A stretch of 64,000 bases of DNA. It comes from an uncultured Syntrophobacterales bacterium. Lineage in GTDB: Bacteria; Desulfobacterota; Binatia; UBA9968; JAJDTQ01. The stretch spans positions 126-64,125 of the forward strand of contig CAYTMJ010000003.1 in NCBI GenBank assembly GCA_964438895.1. The letters are read 5' to 3'. Made by a program: the position numbers and the translations under genes. The notes beneath the pieces were generated by a model. That model had not been told where the DNA came from and did no database searches. It saw only the letters and a list, made by a program, of their open reading frames with translations. Below, piece by piece: positions 21,078-30,674 of the stretch (positions are counted from its first letter, which is position 1; each line of letters begins with the position of its first letter).

Positions 21078-21109
21078 ACCGTCATTCCAGCTTACGCCGG
21101 AATGACGGT
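21078..21109. terminator. Hairpin between convergent genes (bidirectional terminator or CGTC-type REP-like palindrome)
   Basis: ACCGTCATTCC-N10-GGAATGACGGT, a perfect 11-bp stem. Confidence 0.55.
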
Positions 21110-21124
21110 AAAGTACTTCGTTAC

Positions 21125-22150
21125 CTACTCAATGACGCCGTACAGCCGCTTGGCCGAGTCAGCCAACAGCCACTTCTTTTCTTCAGCGGAGAGGTCCTCG
21201 CGCTTACCGAGGGCATCGATGTTCTCAGGGAACTCCATGTCCCAATGTGGATAGTCGGACGCGTAGTAGAGAACATCTGGGCTCAGGAATCGTGCCGTCT
21301 CACCAATAAAGGGCTCGTAATCCTCTGCGTGAAAGTAGATGTTGCCATTACGGACGTACTCACTGGGCTTCTTCTTGCAAAGCGGCGCCTCCGCCGCACC
21401 TCGCTTTTCCCACTCTTCGTCCATGCGGCCAGCCCAATAGGGTGCCCACGAGCAACCCGCCTCCATAAACGCCACCCTAAGGTTCGGAAACCGATCCATC
21501 ACACCCTGAAAGATCATACTGGTCATCTGCATCATCTGTGCGAAGGCGTGAGAAAGTGTATGGACCTCAATGAACTGGTCGAACCCATCTGCAGCGAACG
21601 CCTGAGGCCCCCGCACGGTGGCGTGTACACCTACCATACAGTTCAGCTTTTCCGCCTCCTCGTAGATCGGCCAATAGTCCTTGTGTCCAAGGGGGAGCCG
21701 TAATCCCACTGCCGGAAGCATGAGGCCCGGCAGCTTAAGCTCCTGGACCGCCCGGCGTAACTCCTTTACCGCCTCCGGCACGTCCTGAAACGATACCAGC
21801 GCCACCCCCTTAAGCCTGGGGCTAACCTTCTGAAACTCCTCGGAGACGTAATCGTTCCACGCCTTACACAGAGATATGGCCAAATCCGGCTCACGAATCC
21901 AGCCGATCCCCAAACCTCCGGTCGGGTAGAGGTAGGCGGTGGTGAGTCCACCCTCATCCATAGCATTCAGCCACGTCTTGGCGTCAGAAGCCTTAACACC
22001 CAGTGTCCCACCCAGTGAGCGATCCCAATTGTCGATAGGATAAAGGGTCGAGGTCCGATCGACCCACGGCGCCTCCATATACTTCTTGAGCTGTTCGTCC
22101 GTCTCAGTGATGTGTCCGTCCGCGTCTATGACCTCAACATCTTGTGCCAT
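21125..22150 (-). CDS. Amidohydrolase family protein (Amidohydro_2)
   Basis: IDADGHITE, AWND, GVHA, MEAGCSW and ASDYPHWD motifs. Confidence 0.9.
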   Translation of the reverse strand: MAQDVEVIDADGHITETDEQLKKYMEAPWVDRTSTLYPIDNWDRSLGGTLGVKASDAKTWLNAMDEGGLTTAYLYPTGGLGIGWIREPDLAISLCKAWNDYVSEEFQKVSPRLKGVALVSFQDVPEAVKELRRAVQELKLPGLMLPAVGLRLPLGHKDYWPIYEEAEKLNCMVGVHATVRGPQAFAADGFDQFIEVHTLSHAFAQMMQMTSMIFQGVMDRFPNLRVAFMEAGCSWAPYWAGRMDEEWEKRGAAEAPLCKKKPSEYVRNGNIYFHAEDYEPFIGETARFLSPDVLYYASDYPHWDMEFPENIDALGKREDLSAEEKKWLLADSAKRLYGVIE

Positions 22151-22333
22151 TTTTTCTCCTTGATCGGAGTGATTACCCCGGTGTTGCAGATTGGTTGTTA
22201 TAGGATAGAAACTTTCCTTATGCTCGGAGCCAAGAGCATCCGCTATCGGTTAACGAAACACACCAATTCTAAGTGCATCATCAATGCGTTGTCAAGATAG
22301 ACAAAACCGGTCTTCGTTGGCCGCAATGCCCCT

Positions 22334-24013
22334 TCATCCAGTATTCCGAAGTAACTTTCCTGAGCGGTCTCCGGTGGGCTCGCCGCCCTCCAGTGTCACG
22401 TGACCGTTGACTAGAACTGTATGTATCCCGTCCGCCTGTTGCACCAAACGAGCAGCGCCACCAGGGAAATCGTGCATCAGCTCGGGTTCGCGAGGCGCGA
22501 CAGTTGTGGGGTCGAACAAAACCACATCAGCGGCCATGTTGGGCTTGAGACGGCCACGGTCGGAGATCCCGCAGATATCAGCCTGCATAGACGTGAGCTT
22601 GCGGACCCCCTCCTCAAGAGTGAGATCGCCACGCTCCCTCACATACTTAGCCAGGAGCAGTGTACAGTAACCAAAACCCGCGTCGATAGCCACATGGGCG
22701 CCAGCGTCCGATTGTCCCAGGACAGTATAGGGGCTGGACACAATGGCCCCGACAGCATCGGCGTCACCGTTCGTGTGGGCAGTCTGGAAGCCAGTTTCAA
22801 GATCTTCCTCCAAACACAAGTCCAGAAACGCGTCAAAGACATCCTTGCCTTGAGAGCGGGCATAGTCGGCGACGTTAACGCCCGTGAGATGGGCATTCTT
22901 CTCAGTGGCCGGCTTGACGATGTACACTAACTCCCAGCGCCTGTGGAAAGCCGCGGGCGTGGTATCTTCCACTACCTCCCAACGAAGCTTCTTGCGCACC
23001 TCGGGCTCCTGGAACGCTGCCCGGCGCTCTTCAATAGGACTAAACATGAGCCCGCGCCAGGTAGGAAATTCGTCAAATTCTTGACCGTCAATGAGATTAA
23101 AGCGATTATTAAATGGGCGAACATTAGTGTTAGCCCAAGCCTGGGCACCACGCTCAAAGCCCTTCACTGTTGCGTCCAGTAGCTCGCGCCACTCATCCGG
23201 TCTTGCCCATCGGTGCAGAATAGAATTCCACACTACCGGGCGACCGGTGCGCTGGGAGAAATCCGCCAAGGATGCCACCCGAGCCGCGTTCTGGGATGCA
23301 GAGCTTATCTGAATTACACCTCGCTGCAGGTCCCCGAGCACCTGCCCCAGGGCTTCCAGTTCATCCCAATCCGCCAGCCGGCTCGGTAGCGGCTCCCCAT
23401 CCTCACGGAAATGGCGCTCGTTACGATTCGTCGAGAAACCTAACAGCCCGGCATTCAATGCTTCGCGCAGTAACCCTTGCATAGCGGCGATTTCATCCGC
23501 AGTAGCAGCACGCTTAATCGCGTCCTCCCCCATCACATATTGGCGTAACGGGTTGTGGCCAACCAGCATACCAACGTTGAGCGCCGGCCGCATGGCTTCC
23601 ACCGCTTTCATGTAACCGGCCATATCGGTCCAGCTCCACTCCACTGCGCGCCGTAGAAGCTCAATGTCCATTCCTTCGACGTGGGAGAAAGTCTGCAGTA
23701 GGATATCGCGATCCTCAGGCTTACACGGAGCTAAACTGAGGCCGCAGTTACCCGTGACGATACTAGTGACACCGTGATAACATGAGCTAGTCACCTGCGG
23801 ATCCCACAGCAACTGAGCGTCCATGTGGGTGTGACCGTCAATAAAGCCGGGTGCCGCAACGAGGCCGTCGCCGTCGATCTCCCTCATTCCGGATCCAACG
23901 TCACCTCCTACCTGCCGGAGAACCCCACCCTCGATAGCCACATCACCGGTGTATCCGGGCTGCCCGGAACCGTCACAGACAGTTGCGCCACGAATTACTA
24001 TATCGTACGCCAT
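22334..24013 (-). CDS. N-acyl-D-amino-acid deacylase family amidohydrolase
   Basis: PGFIDGHTHMDAQ, GNCG, SDAGAH, GRL...ADVVLFD and VLVNG motifs. Confidence 0.88.
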   Translation of the reverse strand: MAYDIVIRGATVCDGSGQPGYTGDVAIEGGVLRQVGGDVGSGMREIDGDGLVAAPGFIDGHTHMDAQLLWDPQVTSSCYHGVTSIVTGNCGLSLAPCKPEDRDILLQTFSHVEGMDIELLRRAVEWSWTDMAGYMKAVEAMRPALNVGMLVGHNPLRQYVMGEDAIKRAATADEIAAMQGLLREALNAGLLGFSTNRNERHFREDGEPLPSRLADWDELEALGQVLGDLQRGVIQISSASQNAARVASLADFSQRTGRPVVWNSILHRWARPDEWRELLDATVKGFERGAQAWANTNVRPFNNRFNLIDGQEFDEFPTWRGLMFSPIEERRAAFQEPEVRKKLRWEVVEDTTPAAFHRRWELVYIVKPATEKNAHLTGVNVADYARSQGKDVFDAFLDLCLEEDLETGFQTAHTNGDADAVGAIVSSPYTVLGQSDAGAHVAIDAGFGYCTLLLAKYVRERGDLTLEEGVRKLTSMQADICGISDRGRLKPNMAADVVLFDPTTVAPREPELMHDFPGGAARLVQQADGIHTVLVNGHVTLEGGEPTGDRSGKLLRNTG

Positions 24014-24063
24014 AATGAGTCCTCCCTAATCGGTTGAAGTCAACGCCCGCCCTCTTCTCTCGA

Positions 24064-24081
24064 TCCGGAGTCGACTCCGGA
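24064..24081. promoter_or_regulatory. Perfect 18-bp palindrome, candidate operator
   Basis: TCCGGAGTCGACTCCGGA lies ~50 bp upstream of the D-aminoacylase start. Confidence 0.4.
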
Positions 24082-24203
24082 CTAGGCTAACCACGATTCC
24101 CGTTTTACAAGCCTTACTCCGGTCTGGACCTATAATCTAGGCGTTGCAACACCGAACGATTGCTGGTGTGACAGACCTATCGGCACCGTCCAATGTTGAC
24201 CAG

Positions 24204-25949
24204 TCAGATTGCCTGTATGATCACATCCAACAACGCCGGTTTGCGCTCTTCTTTGACCACCGCCAAAGCTCGTCTTACAGCAGGTTGGATATCCGCCGGG
24301 TCTTCAATGGGCCCTTCGCTATATACCCCAAACGACCGCGCTAACGTGGCGAAGTCCACGGGCGGCACTTCCATTCGCATCCCGACCCCCTTGTTCTCCA
24401 CCGGGCGGCTCCGCGCCAGGGCCACGTGCTCTTGGTGGGCTTCATCGTTATAATAAGTTCGGTTGTTGGTCATTATCATGAGCAACGGAACGCTATAGCT
24501 AGCGGCGGTCCACAGAGCACTATTCGTGAACAGCAGGTCGCCGTCACGCTGTAGGTCGATACACACTGTACCAGTGTCCTTGAGCCCCAGTGCGGCACCC
24601 ACCGAGGCGCCGGGGGCATAGCCCAGTCCACCACCACCGTAACCACCAAGGAATGCGTTAGGTTTCTCCCAGTCCCAAAGCCTCCGCGGCCAACCGCGGA
24701 AAGAGCCGGCGACCAATGTCCAGTCCTCATTCTTGATTACTTCCCAGATTTCCTGGGACATTCGCGGTGGCGAGATAGGTCGCTCGTCCCAGCGCTTCCG
24801 CAATATCACCTGACTCTCCTCGCGAATCTCCCGGTGGCGTCGCTCTAGCTCCCGACAGCGGTCGTCCTTCACGGCCTGCCCCGGGCCCCCTTGACGTCGT
24901 ACCTCTTCAGTAAGAGCAGGCACGAACACCGCACTGTCAGCTAAGATAGGTAGATCCACCGGAGACAGCTCCATGTACTCAGTTGACCAACTCTTGATAG
25001 CGAAGTCGGCCAGCGTCACGTTGATAATACGGCAACCAGATGGGAAAGCCGGCGTGGAGGTCTGGGTCTCAGCATCGTGGCGATGCAACGCACCGTACAG
25101 ATCCATGACGTCCAGCCCCAGGATCACATCGGCCTCAGCTACCAGCTCCTTCTCTTTACCACTTAGGTCGAGGGGGTGGGTATTGGGGAAATTGTGGCGC
25201 GCACCCCGATCAACCACCGGAGACCCTAGGGCCTCCGCTAGCTCTACCAGGGACAACATGGATTCCGGATTCCGCCCCATGAAGTCGGCAATAATCACAG
25301 GGTGCTGGGCATCACACAGCCATGCTGCAGCCTCCCTGATAGCGCCCTGTTCGGCCTGAAGAGACCCCGGTGGCCGAAAGCGATCCGGAGCAGGCACTGA
25401 GTTAGCCATGGCCTCCGGTAGGCGTGATTCCTGCAGATCAAGGTCAAAGCACAAATAGACCGGGCCCTTAGGCTCGGTCATAGCCACCCGGTAGCCCCTA
25501 AGGATAGAGTTGGGCAAGGCGCCTAGACTCATGGGCTGATCATCCAGCTTAACGATGTCGCGGACAAAATTGCCTTGCACAAGCGCAGTGTGGATCCAGT
25601 CAATCCAAGGGCGGCGCTTGGTGGTGTCCATGGGCCCCGTGCCCCCGAGTACCAGAACTGGCGCTTTGTCGCACCAGGCGTTGTAGATGGCCATAGAAGC
25701 ATGTTGCAGCCCCACCACATCGTGAACGATTGCAGCCATAGGTTCACCCGTGGCTTTCGCGTAGCCGTGGGCCACGGCTACCGCGATTTCCTCGTGGCAA
25801 CAGACAATGATTTCCGGGTCTTTGTTGTGATTGTAATTCACCAACGAGTCATGGATTCCGCGGAAACTCGCGCCAGGGTTCAGTGCCGCGTACTTGATGC
25901 CCAAACTCTTGAGCATGTCAACGATAATATCGGAGCCGTATTCCGCCAT
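24204..25949 (-). CDS. Thiamine diphosphate-dependent enzyme (acetolactate synthase/benzoylformate decarboxylase-like)
   Basis: NPGASFRGIHDS, HEEIAVAVAHGYAK, GPVYLCFD and ThDP motif DGD...NN. RBS precedes ATG 25949. Confidence 0.88.
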   Translation of the reverse strand: MAEYGSDIIVDMLKSLGIKYAALNPGASFRGIHDSLVNYNHNKDPEIIVCCHEEIAVAVAHGYAKATGEPMAAIVHDVVGLQHASMAIYNAWCDKAPVLVLGGTGPMDTTKRRPWIDWIHTALVQGNFVRDIVKLDDQPMSLGALPNSILRGYRVAMTEPKGPVYLCFDLDLQESRLPEAMANSVPAPDRFRPPGSLQAEQGAIREAAAWLCDAQHPVIIADFMGRNPESMLSLVELAEALGSPVVDRGARHNFPNTHPLDLSGKEKELVAEADVILGLDVMDLYGALHRHDAETQTSTPAFPSGCRIINVTLADFAIKSWSTEYMELSPVDLPILADSAVFVPALTEEVRRQGGPGQAVKDDRCRELERRHREIREESQVILRKRWDERPISPPRMSQEIWEVIKNEDWTLVAGSFRGWPRRLWDWEKPNAFLGGYGGGGLGYAPGASVGAALGLKDTGTVCIDLQRDGDLLFTNSALWTAASYSVPLLMIMTNNRTYYNDEAHQEHVALARSRPVENKGVGMRMEVPPVDFATLARSFGVYSEGPIEDPADIQPAVRRALAVVKEERKPALLDVIIQAI

Positions 25950-26061
25950 GTCGTCTCCCATCAATTAGGTCAAGGTGCGATGTCCCCCTGCTTTACGTTG
26001 GCGCCCCGAAGCGCCAATCGAAAGCCGGCGGACCAACAAATCACGATACGTCTTTTTCCAA

Positions 26062-27183
26062 TCATCCACGGTGGTCAAGCGGCACGAACTGGAGACCCGT
26101 GTCACCCACATACCGAGAATTGGGCCGAAACAGGCGGTTGTTAACCATCTGCTCAACAATGTGGGCCGACCAACCCACGACACGGCTCATGGCAAAGATT
26201 GGCGTGTTAAGGACGATAGGAATCTCCATCATGTGGTAGATGGGCGCAGCGTAGAAATCCACGTTAGGGCATAAGTTCTTCTCACGCCACATCACCTCCT
26301 CCACCGCGATGCAAATGTCACTCAGACGAGTGTCGTCAAGCTGCTTGCCAAGCAGTGCACCCCACTTCTTAGCCACCTGCACTCGCGAGTCGGCGGTTTT
26401 ATAGATTCGGTGACCGAATCCCATGATGCGCTTCTTCTGCCGCAGATTCTCCTCCACCCACGCGCCCGCACGAGCCGGGTCACCAATCTCCAGTATTGCG
26501 TCCATAGCTTTCTCGTTAGCGCCGCCGTGGAGGGGACCTTTAAGCGCAGCAATGGCGCCCACCACTGCGCCGTAGAGATCCGCCAAGGTGGAGGCGATTA
26601 CCCGCGCGGTAAATGTAGAAGCGTTGAATTCGTGCTCCATATATAGAATAAGCGTCACCTCCAGCACCCTAGCCTCGAACTCTTCCGGCCGTCCACCGCG
26701 TAGCATATGGAGAAAGTTGGCCGCGTGGTTGAGGTCAGGGTTTGGCGCTACCACCGTCAGGCCCTTGGACAACCGATACAGCGCCGCTACCACCGTAGGC
26801 ATGCCCGCCACCAGCCGCGTAGCCTTCCTCAGATTAGCCTCATAGGAATCCTCCCCCGCGTCCGGATCGTAGAGTGCCAGCATTGATACCGCTGTCCGTA
26901 GGCTATCCATGGGCACCGCATCTGGGGGGAGCGATTCAAGGCCCTCAACCACGTCCGGCGGTAGTTGGCGGTTGGACCGAAGCTGGGCGTCAAACGCTCC
27001 TAGTTCTGCACGGTTGGGGAGTCTCCCGTACAGAACCAGATATGCCACTTCTTCGAAGGCTGCCTGCTCGGCCAGATCGTGCACGTTGTAACCGCGGAAA
27101 ATAAGCTCCCCCTCCGGTCGAACCGAACAGATGGCCGTTTCGCCGGCCACAACACCTTCCAAACCCGGTTTTACCTCTGACAT
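26062..27183 (-). CDS. Citrate synthase family protein (2-methylcitrate synthase-like)
   Basis: GLEGV, HEFNASTF, GPLHGGANE, GFGHRIYK and PNVDFY motifs. Confidence 0.9.
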   Translation of the reverse strand: MSEVKPGLEGVVAGETAICSVRPEGELIFRGYNVHDLAEQAAFEEVAYLVLYGRLPNRAELGAFDAQLRSNRQLPPDVVEGLESLPPDAVPMDSLRTAVSMLALYDPDAGEDSYEANLRKATRLVAGMPTVVAALYRLSKGLTVVAPNPDLNHAANFLHMLRGGRPEEFEARVLEVTLILYMEHEFNASTFTARVIASTLADLYGAVVGAIAALKGPLHGGANEKAMDAILEIGDPARAGAWVEENLRQKKRIMGFGHRIYKTADSRVQVAKKWGALLGKQLDDTRLSDICIAVEEVMWREKNLCPNVDFYAAPIYHMMEIPIVLNTPIFAMSRVVGWSAHIVEQMVNNRLFRPNSRYVGDTGLQFVPLDHRG

Positions 27184-27851
27184 CGGTACTCCTCCATCCG
27201 CGCCTCAACTGCTCGCCTAACCAAACCTATCGGACAATTACTCCAATAGGGAACAGCGTTCAACAGGAAGCAAGCTCCTCCACCACAAAGTTGTTGTCAT
27301 GCAGGAAACGTTGACAAGTCCCCCTTGGCAGCAGTCTATGGCCTCACGACTACGTCCCCGGCCCCGAAAGCCACTCCGGGCTTCCATCTTGCGGGCCTCA
27401 GATCCCAGGACCGTCGTTTCTCACGTTCATGTACGTCTGAATGCATTGGGGTTAGACACAACAGTTTGACGCCTTACAGGATCGGGTTCCTAATGTCGAC
27501 TTCCATGGTTCTGCCTCTTCGCGCAACAAGTTCCAAGCAGTCGAAAACAGAGGGAAACTCATAGCTGGGGCAAGACGTGGAAGGTGTACTCAGCGCACTG
27601 GATCAAATTAGACGGTTAGCCGACAAATCGCTCGGTGCCAAACAAACGAAGTGTCGATGGGCCAACTCCCCAAACCCTAGGTCAGTTTGAACTGATGTTA
27701 TACGTTTTCCGGGATCAAGCCTGGGCGGATGGAACTTTGGGAGTTGACCCAAAACAGCACCACCTTCTAGCGTTTGAAATGCCCCGCCAGCTAGTCTATC
27801 GTAGCCCCCGTATATAGGGTGCGCGCTGCGTATCGAAAAAGGAGAAGCATC

Positions 27852-28904
27852 ATGCGTCGATCCTTTCTGGGACGAAACCTCGTAATTAGTCTCGTCATTG
27901 CCGTGCTACTGGCATGCGTGACCACCGCAATGGCTAAGCCCTTCTATGAAGGCAAGACCGTCAAGATTATTACCGTGCACCCGCCGGGCGGGGGTTACGA
28001 CACCTATGCCCGCCTTTTCGCCCGTCACATGGGCAAACACATCCCCGGCAGCCCCAAGGTCATCGTGATTAACATGCCTGGCGCTAGCGGGCTCATTGGA
28101 ACAAACTACGTCTACAACGTGCTCAAACCGGACGGCTTATCGGTGATCCAACTGAGTTGGGGGGTGGCCCAGGCCCAGTTCTTAAATTTTCCCGGTATAA
28201 AGTACGACGTCAACAACTTCATATGGCTGGGACTAGCCAACACTGGTCCAATTACCGCCGTGGTGCGGAGGGATTCCCCGATCCAGACTATGGATCAGTG
28301 GCTCGATCCCAAGACCAAGCCACTGATCTTCGGCTGCACCTCACTCAACAGCCCAACCTGTAACGTTGCCTTAGCCATGAACGGAATTTTTGGAAAGACA
28401 TCCACCATCGTCGCTGGCTACGCTGGAACAGCCGCGGTCCGCGCCGCTATGCTGCAGAAGGAAGTGGATGCTCTCACCGGTTGGACCTGGGACTCTGTGA
28501 AATCCACCGGCATGTCCATGATCGACGACGGCGATATTAAGCTCATGGCGTATATCGGCTACGACCGTCACCCGGAGCTGGATGCACGGAATATACCGTT
28601 CCTCAACGAAAGAATCACTAAACCCGAGGACATCGCGTTCATGAACGTCCTGCTCCTGCCCGTGGCCATGTTGCGGCCTTGGGCTTTGGCCCCAAAGACC
28701 CCCGGGGACAAGGTGACAATTCTTGGGGAAGCCTTTAACGCTACGCTGAAAGACCCGGGGTTCTTAGCAGATGCCAAACGAGTCCGTCTGGATATCAACC
28801 CTAAGAGTAGTAAGGAGCTCGTAGACCTCATCGCTAGCATGAAATTGCAGATGACCCCGGATGTGATCCGCCGCGCCCGGAAAGCTGTCGGTTTGAAAAA
28901 TTAA
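27852..28904 (+). CDS. Bug/TctC-like tripartite tricarboxylate transporter substrate-binding protein
   Basis: Signal peptide. FYEGKTV, PGGGYDTYAR, NMPGASG, KPDGL and GYAGT motifs. AAGGAG RBS. Confidence 0.88.
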   Translation: MRRSFLGRNLVISLVIAVLLACVTTAMAKPFYEGKTVKIITVHPPGGGYDTYARLFARHMGKHIPGSPKVIVINMPGASGLIGTNYVYNVLKPDGLSVIQLSWGVAQAQFLNFPGIKYDVNNFIWLGLANTGPITAVVRRDSPIQTMDQWLDPKTKPLIFGCTSLNSPTCNVALAMNGIFGKTSTIVAGYAGTAAVRAAMLQKEVDALTGWTWDSVKSTGMSMIDDGDIKLMAYIGYDRHPELDARNIPFLNERITKPEDIAFMNVLLLPVAMLRPWALAPKTPGDKVTILGEAFNATLKDPGFLADAKRVRLDINPKSSKELVDLIASMKLQMTPDVIRRARKAVGLKN

Positions 28905-28998
28905 CCGCCCACACAATCGCGGTTCAAATTTTATACATCTATGACCAATCCTGCAGGTTTCGGCACACACCCGAACCTGCGGGGCAAGGGGGTACACT

Positions 28999-30153
28999 AT
29001 GTCGAACCTCTCAGGTAAATACGCCATCGTGGGCGTAGGCGAGACCAGGGTGGGAAAACGGCCTGAAGCCACCACCAACTCGCTGCACCTAGAAGCCATC
29101 CGCCTGTGTCTAGAGGATTCTGGAATAAAAGCATCCCAGGTTGACGGCTTCCTCACTAACCAACCGCTCACGGACGCCCACCGGAGCTACGCAGTCAGGT
29201 TGGCGCACATGGCGGGCATCGATCCGAATTACGCCACTGACTTAGCATTGGGGGGCGCCACGCCTATCGCCATGATCCAAAACGCGGTGATGGCGATCGA
29301 GGCCGGCATGGCCAACTACGTAGTGTGCGTGCACGCGCGTAAACGGGCGACACCGGATGCCACGCCAGGTTACCCCATCCGTAGCGGCGATGAACACTGG
29401 GAACAGCCCTGGGGCCATTTCTCCGCTGCAGCCAATCACGCGTTCGCAGCCACGCGCCACATGCACGAGTTCGGGACCACCAGCGAAGACTTGGGTCAGA
29501 TTGCGGTATCAACACGGAAGCATGCGTGTATGAACAAGAACGCTACGATGCAGAAACCCATGACCCTATCGGAGCATCAGGCCTCACGAATGATCGTGGA
29601 GCCGTTACACCTGTTCGACTGCTCATTGGAATCGGACGGTGGCGCTGCCTTACTGGTGACGAGCGTGGAACGAGCCCTAGATCTACCGAAGAAGCCAGTG
29701 GGGGTATGGGGTATGGGACAACACCACCCACATTCCAGTGTGATGGACGCGCCCACCCTCACCACCCTGGGAAGCCGGAAGTCATCCGAAGCTGCATACC
29801 GTATGGCCGGCCTCGGACCCAAGGATATGGCTTTCGCCCAAATCTATGATTGCTTCACCATCACAACAATGATCACCATCGAGGACTATGGTTTCTGCGG
29901 TAAGGGGGAAGGGAAAGACTTCGTCAAAAACGGGCGCATCGAGGTCGGCGGCGAAATTCCCGTAAATACTCACGGTGGCCTGCTTTCGCAGGCGCATCTT
30001 GAAGGCATTATGCACGTAACCGAAGGCGTCAGGCAATTACGCGGCAATGAGGTGGAACCGGAACGTCAGGTTCAAGGTGCGCAAGCCGGCATCATCAGTG
30101 GGCACGGCGGAAGCCTCTGCATGCACGCATCACTCATATTGGGGGTACAATGA
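28999..30153 (+). CDS. Thiolase-like (SCP-x/Ltp2-type) protein
   Basis: AIVGVGET, DCSLESDGG, IYDCFT and NTHGGLLS. Lacks the N-terminal CxSG nucleophile (GGAT instead). Confidence 0.88.
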   Translation: MSNLSGKYAIVGVGETRVGKRPEATTNSLHLEAIRLCLEDSGIKASQVDGFLTNQPLTDAHRSYAVRLAHMAGIDPNYATDLALGGATPIAMIQNAVMAIEAGMANYVVCVHARKRATPDATPGYPIRSGDEHWEQPWGHFSAAANHAFAATRHMHEFGTTSEDLGQIAVSTRKHACMNKNATMQKPMTLSEHQASRMIVEPLHLFDCSLESDGGAALLVTSVERALDLPKKPVGVWGMGQHHPHSSVMDAPTLTTLGSRKSSEAAYRMAGLGPKDMAFAQIYDCFTITTMITIEDYGFCGKGEGKDFVKNGRIEVGGEIPVNTHGGLLSQAHLEGIMHVTEGVRQLRGNEVEPERQVQGAQAGIISGHGGSLCMHASLILGVQ

Positions 30154-30599
30154 GCAAGTCAGAGCAAGCGCACGACAAACGTGGGCGCGCAGCGCCACGC
30201 AACGAACCTTTTCTGGCCGAGATGGAAGCAAAGCCCTTCTGGGCAAACCTGCGGGAGCACAAGCTCACGGTACAGCGGTGCAACTCGTGTCAGGCCTACT
30301 TCAGCTTCCCTCCCCAAGCGCTATGCGCTAAATGCCTGTCGTCGGACAATGAGTGGGTCGCCGTGAGTGGCAAGGGGACCATCTATTCCTTCGTCACCTA
30401 TCATCGGGCGTGGCATCCAGCTTACCAAGACAAGATTCCGTATAACGTCTCCTTGATAGACCTCGACGAAGGCCCGCGGTTGGTAAGTAACGTCATCGAC
30501 ATTCCCCCAGAAGACGTAAAGGTAGGGATGACAGTTGAGGTGGTGTTCGACGACCACGACGGGTACACGCTGCCCAAATTCAAGCCGAGCGCCTCGTAA
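30150..30599 (+). CDS. Zn-ribbon/OB-fold DUF35 protein
   Basis: QRCNSC...CAKC, SGKGTIYSF and LDEGPRLVSN. ATGA overlap with the thiolase-like gene. Confidence 0.92.
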   Translation: MSKSEQAHDKRGRAAPRNEPFLAEMEAKPFWANLREHKLTVQRCNSCQAYFSFPPQALCAKCLSSDNEWVAVSGKGTIYSFVTYHRAWHPAYQDKIPYNVSLIDLDEGPRLVSNVIDIPPEDVKVGMTVEVVFDDHDGYTLPKFKPSAS

Positions 30600-30674
30600 G
30601 CTCGACCGTTGACCCGGGTTCCCCTGCCCGATAGCCTGTGCGTGCAGGGCGCTTTACCCTACCAGGAGCGAAAG

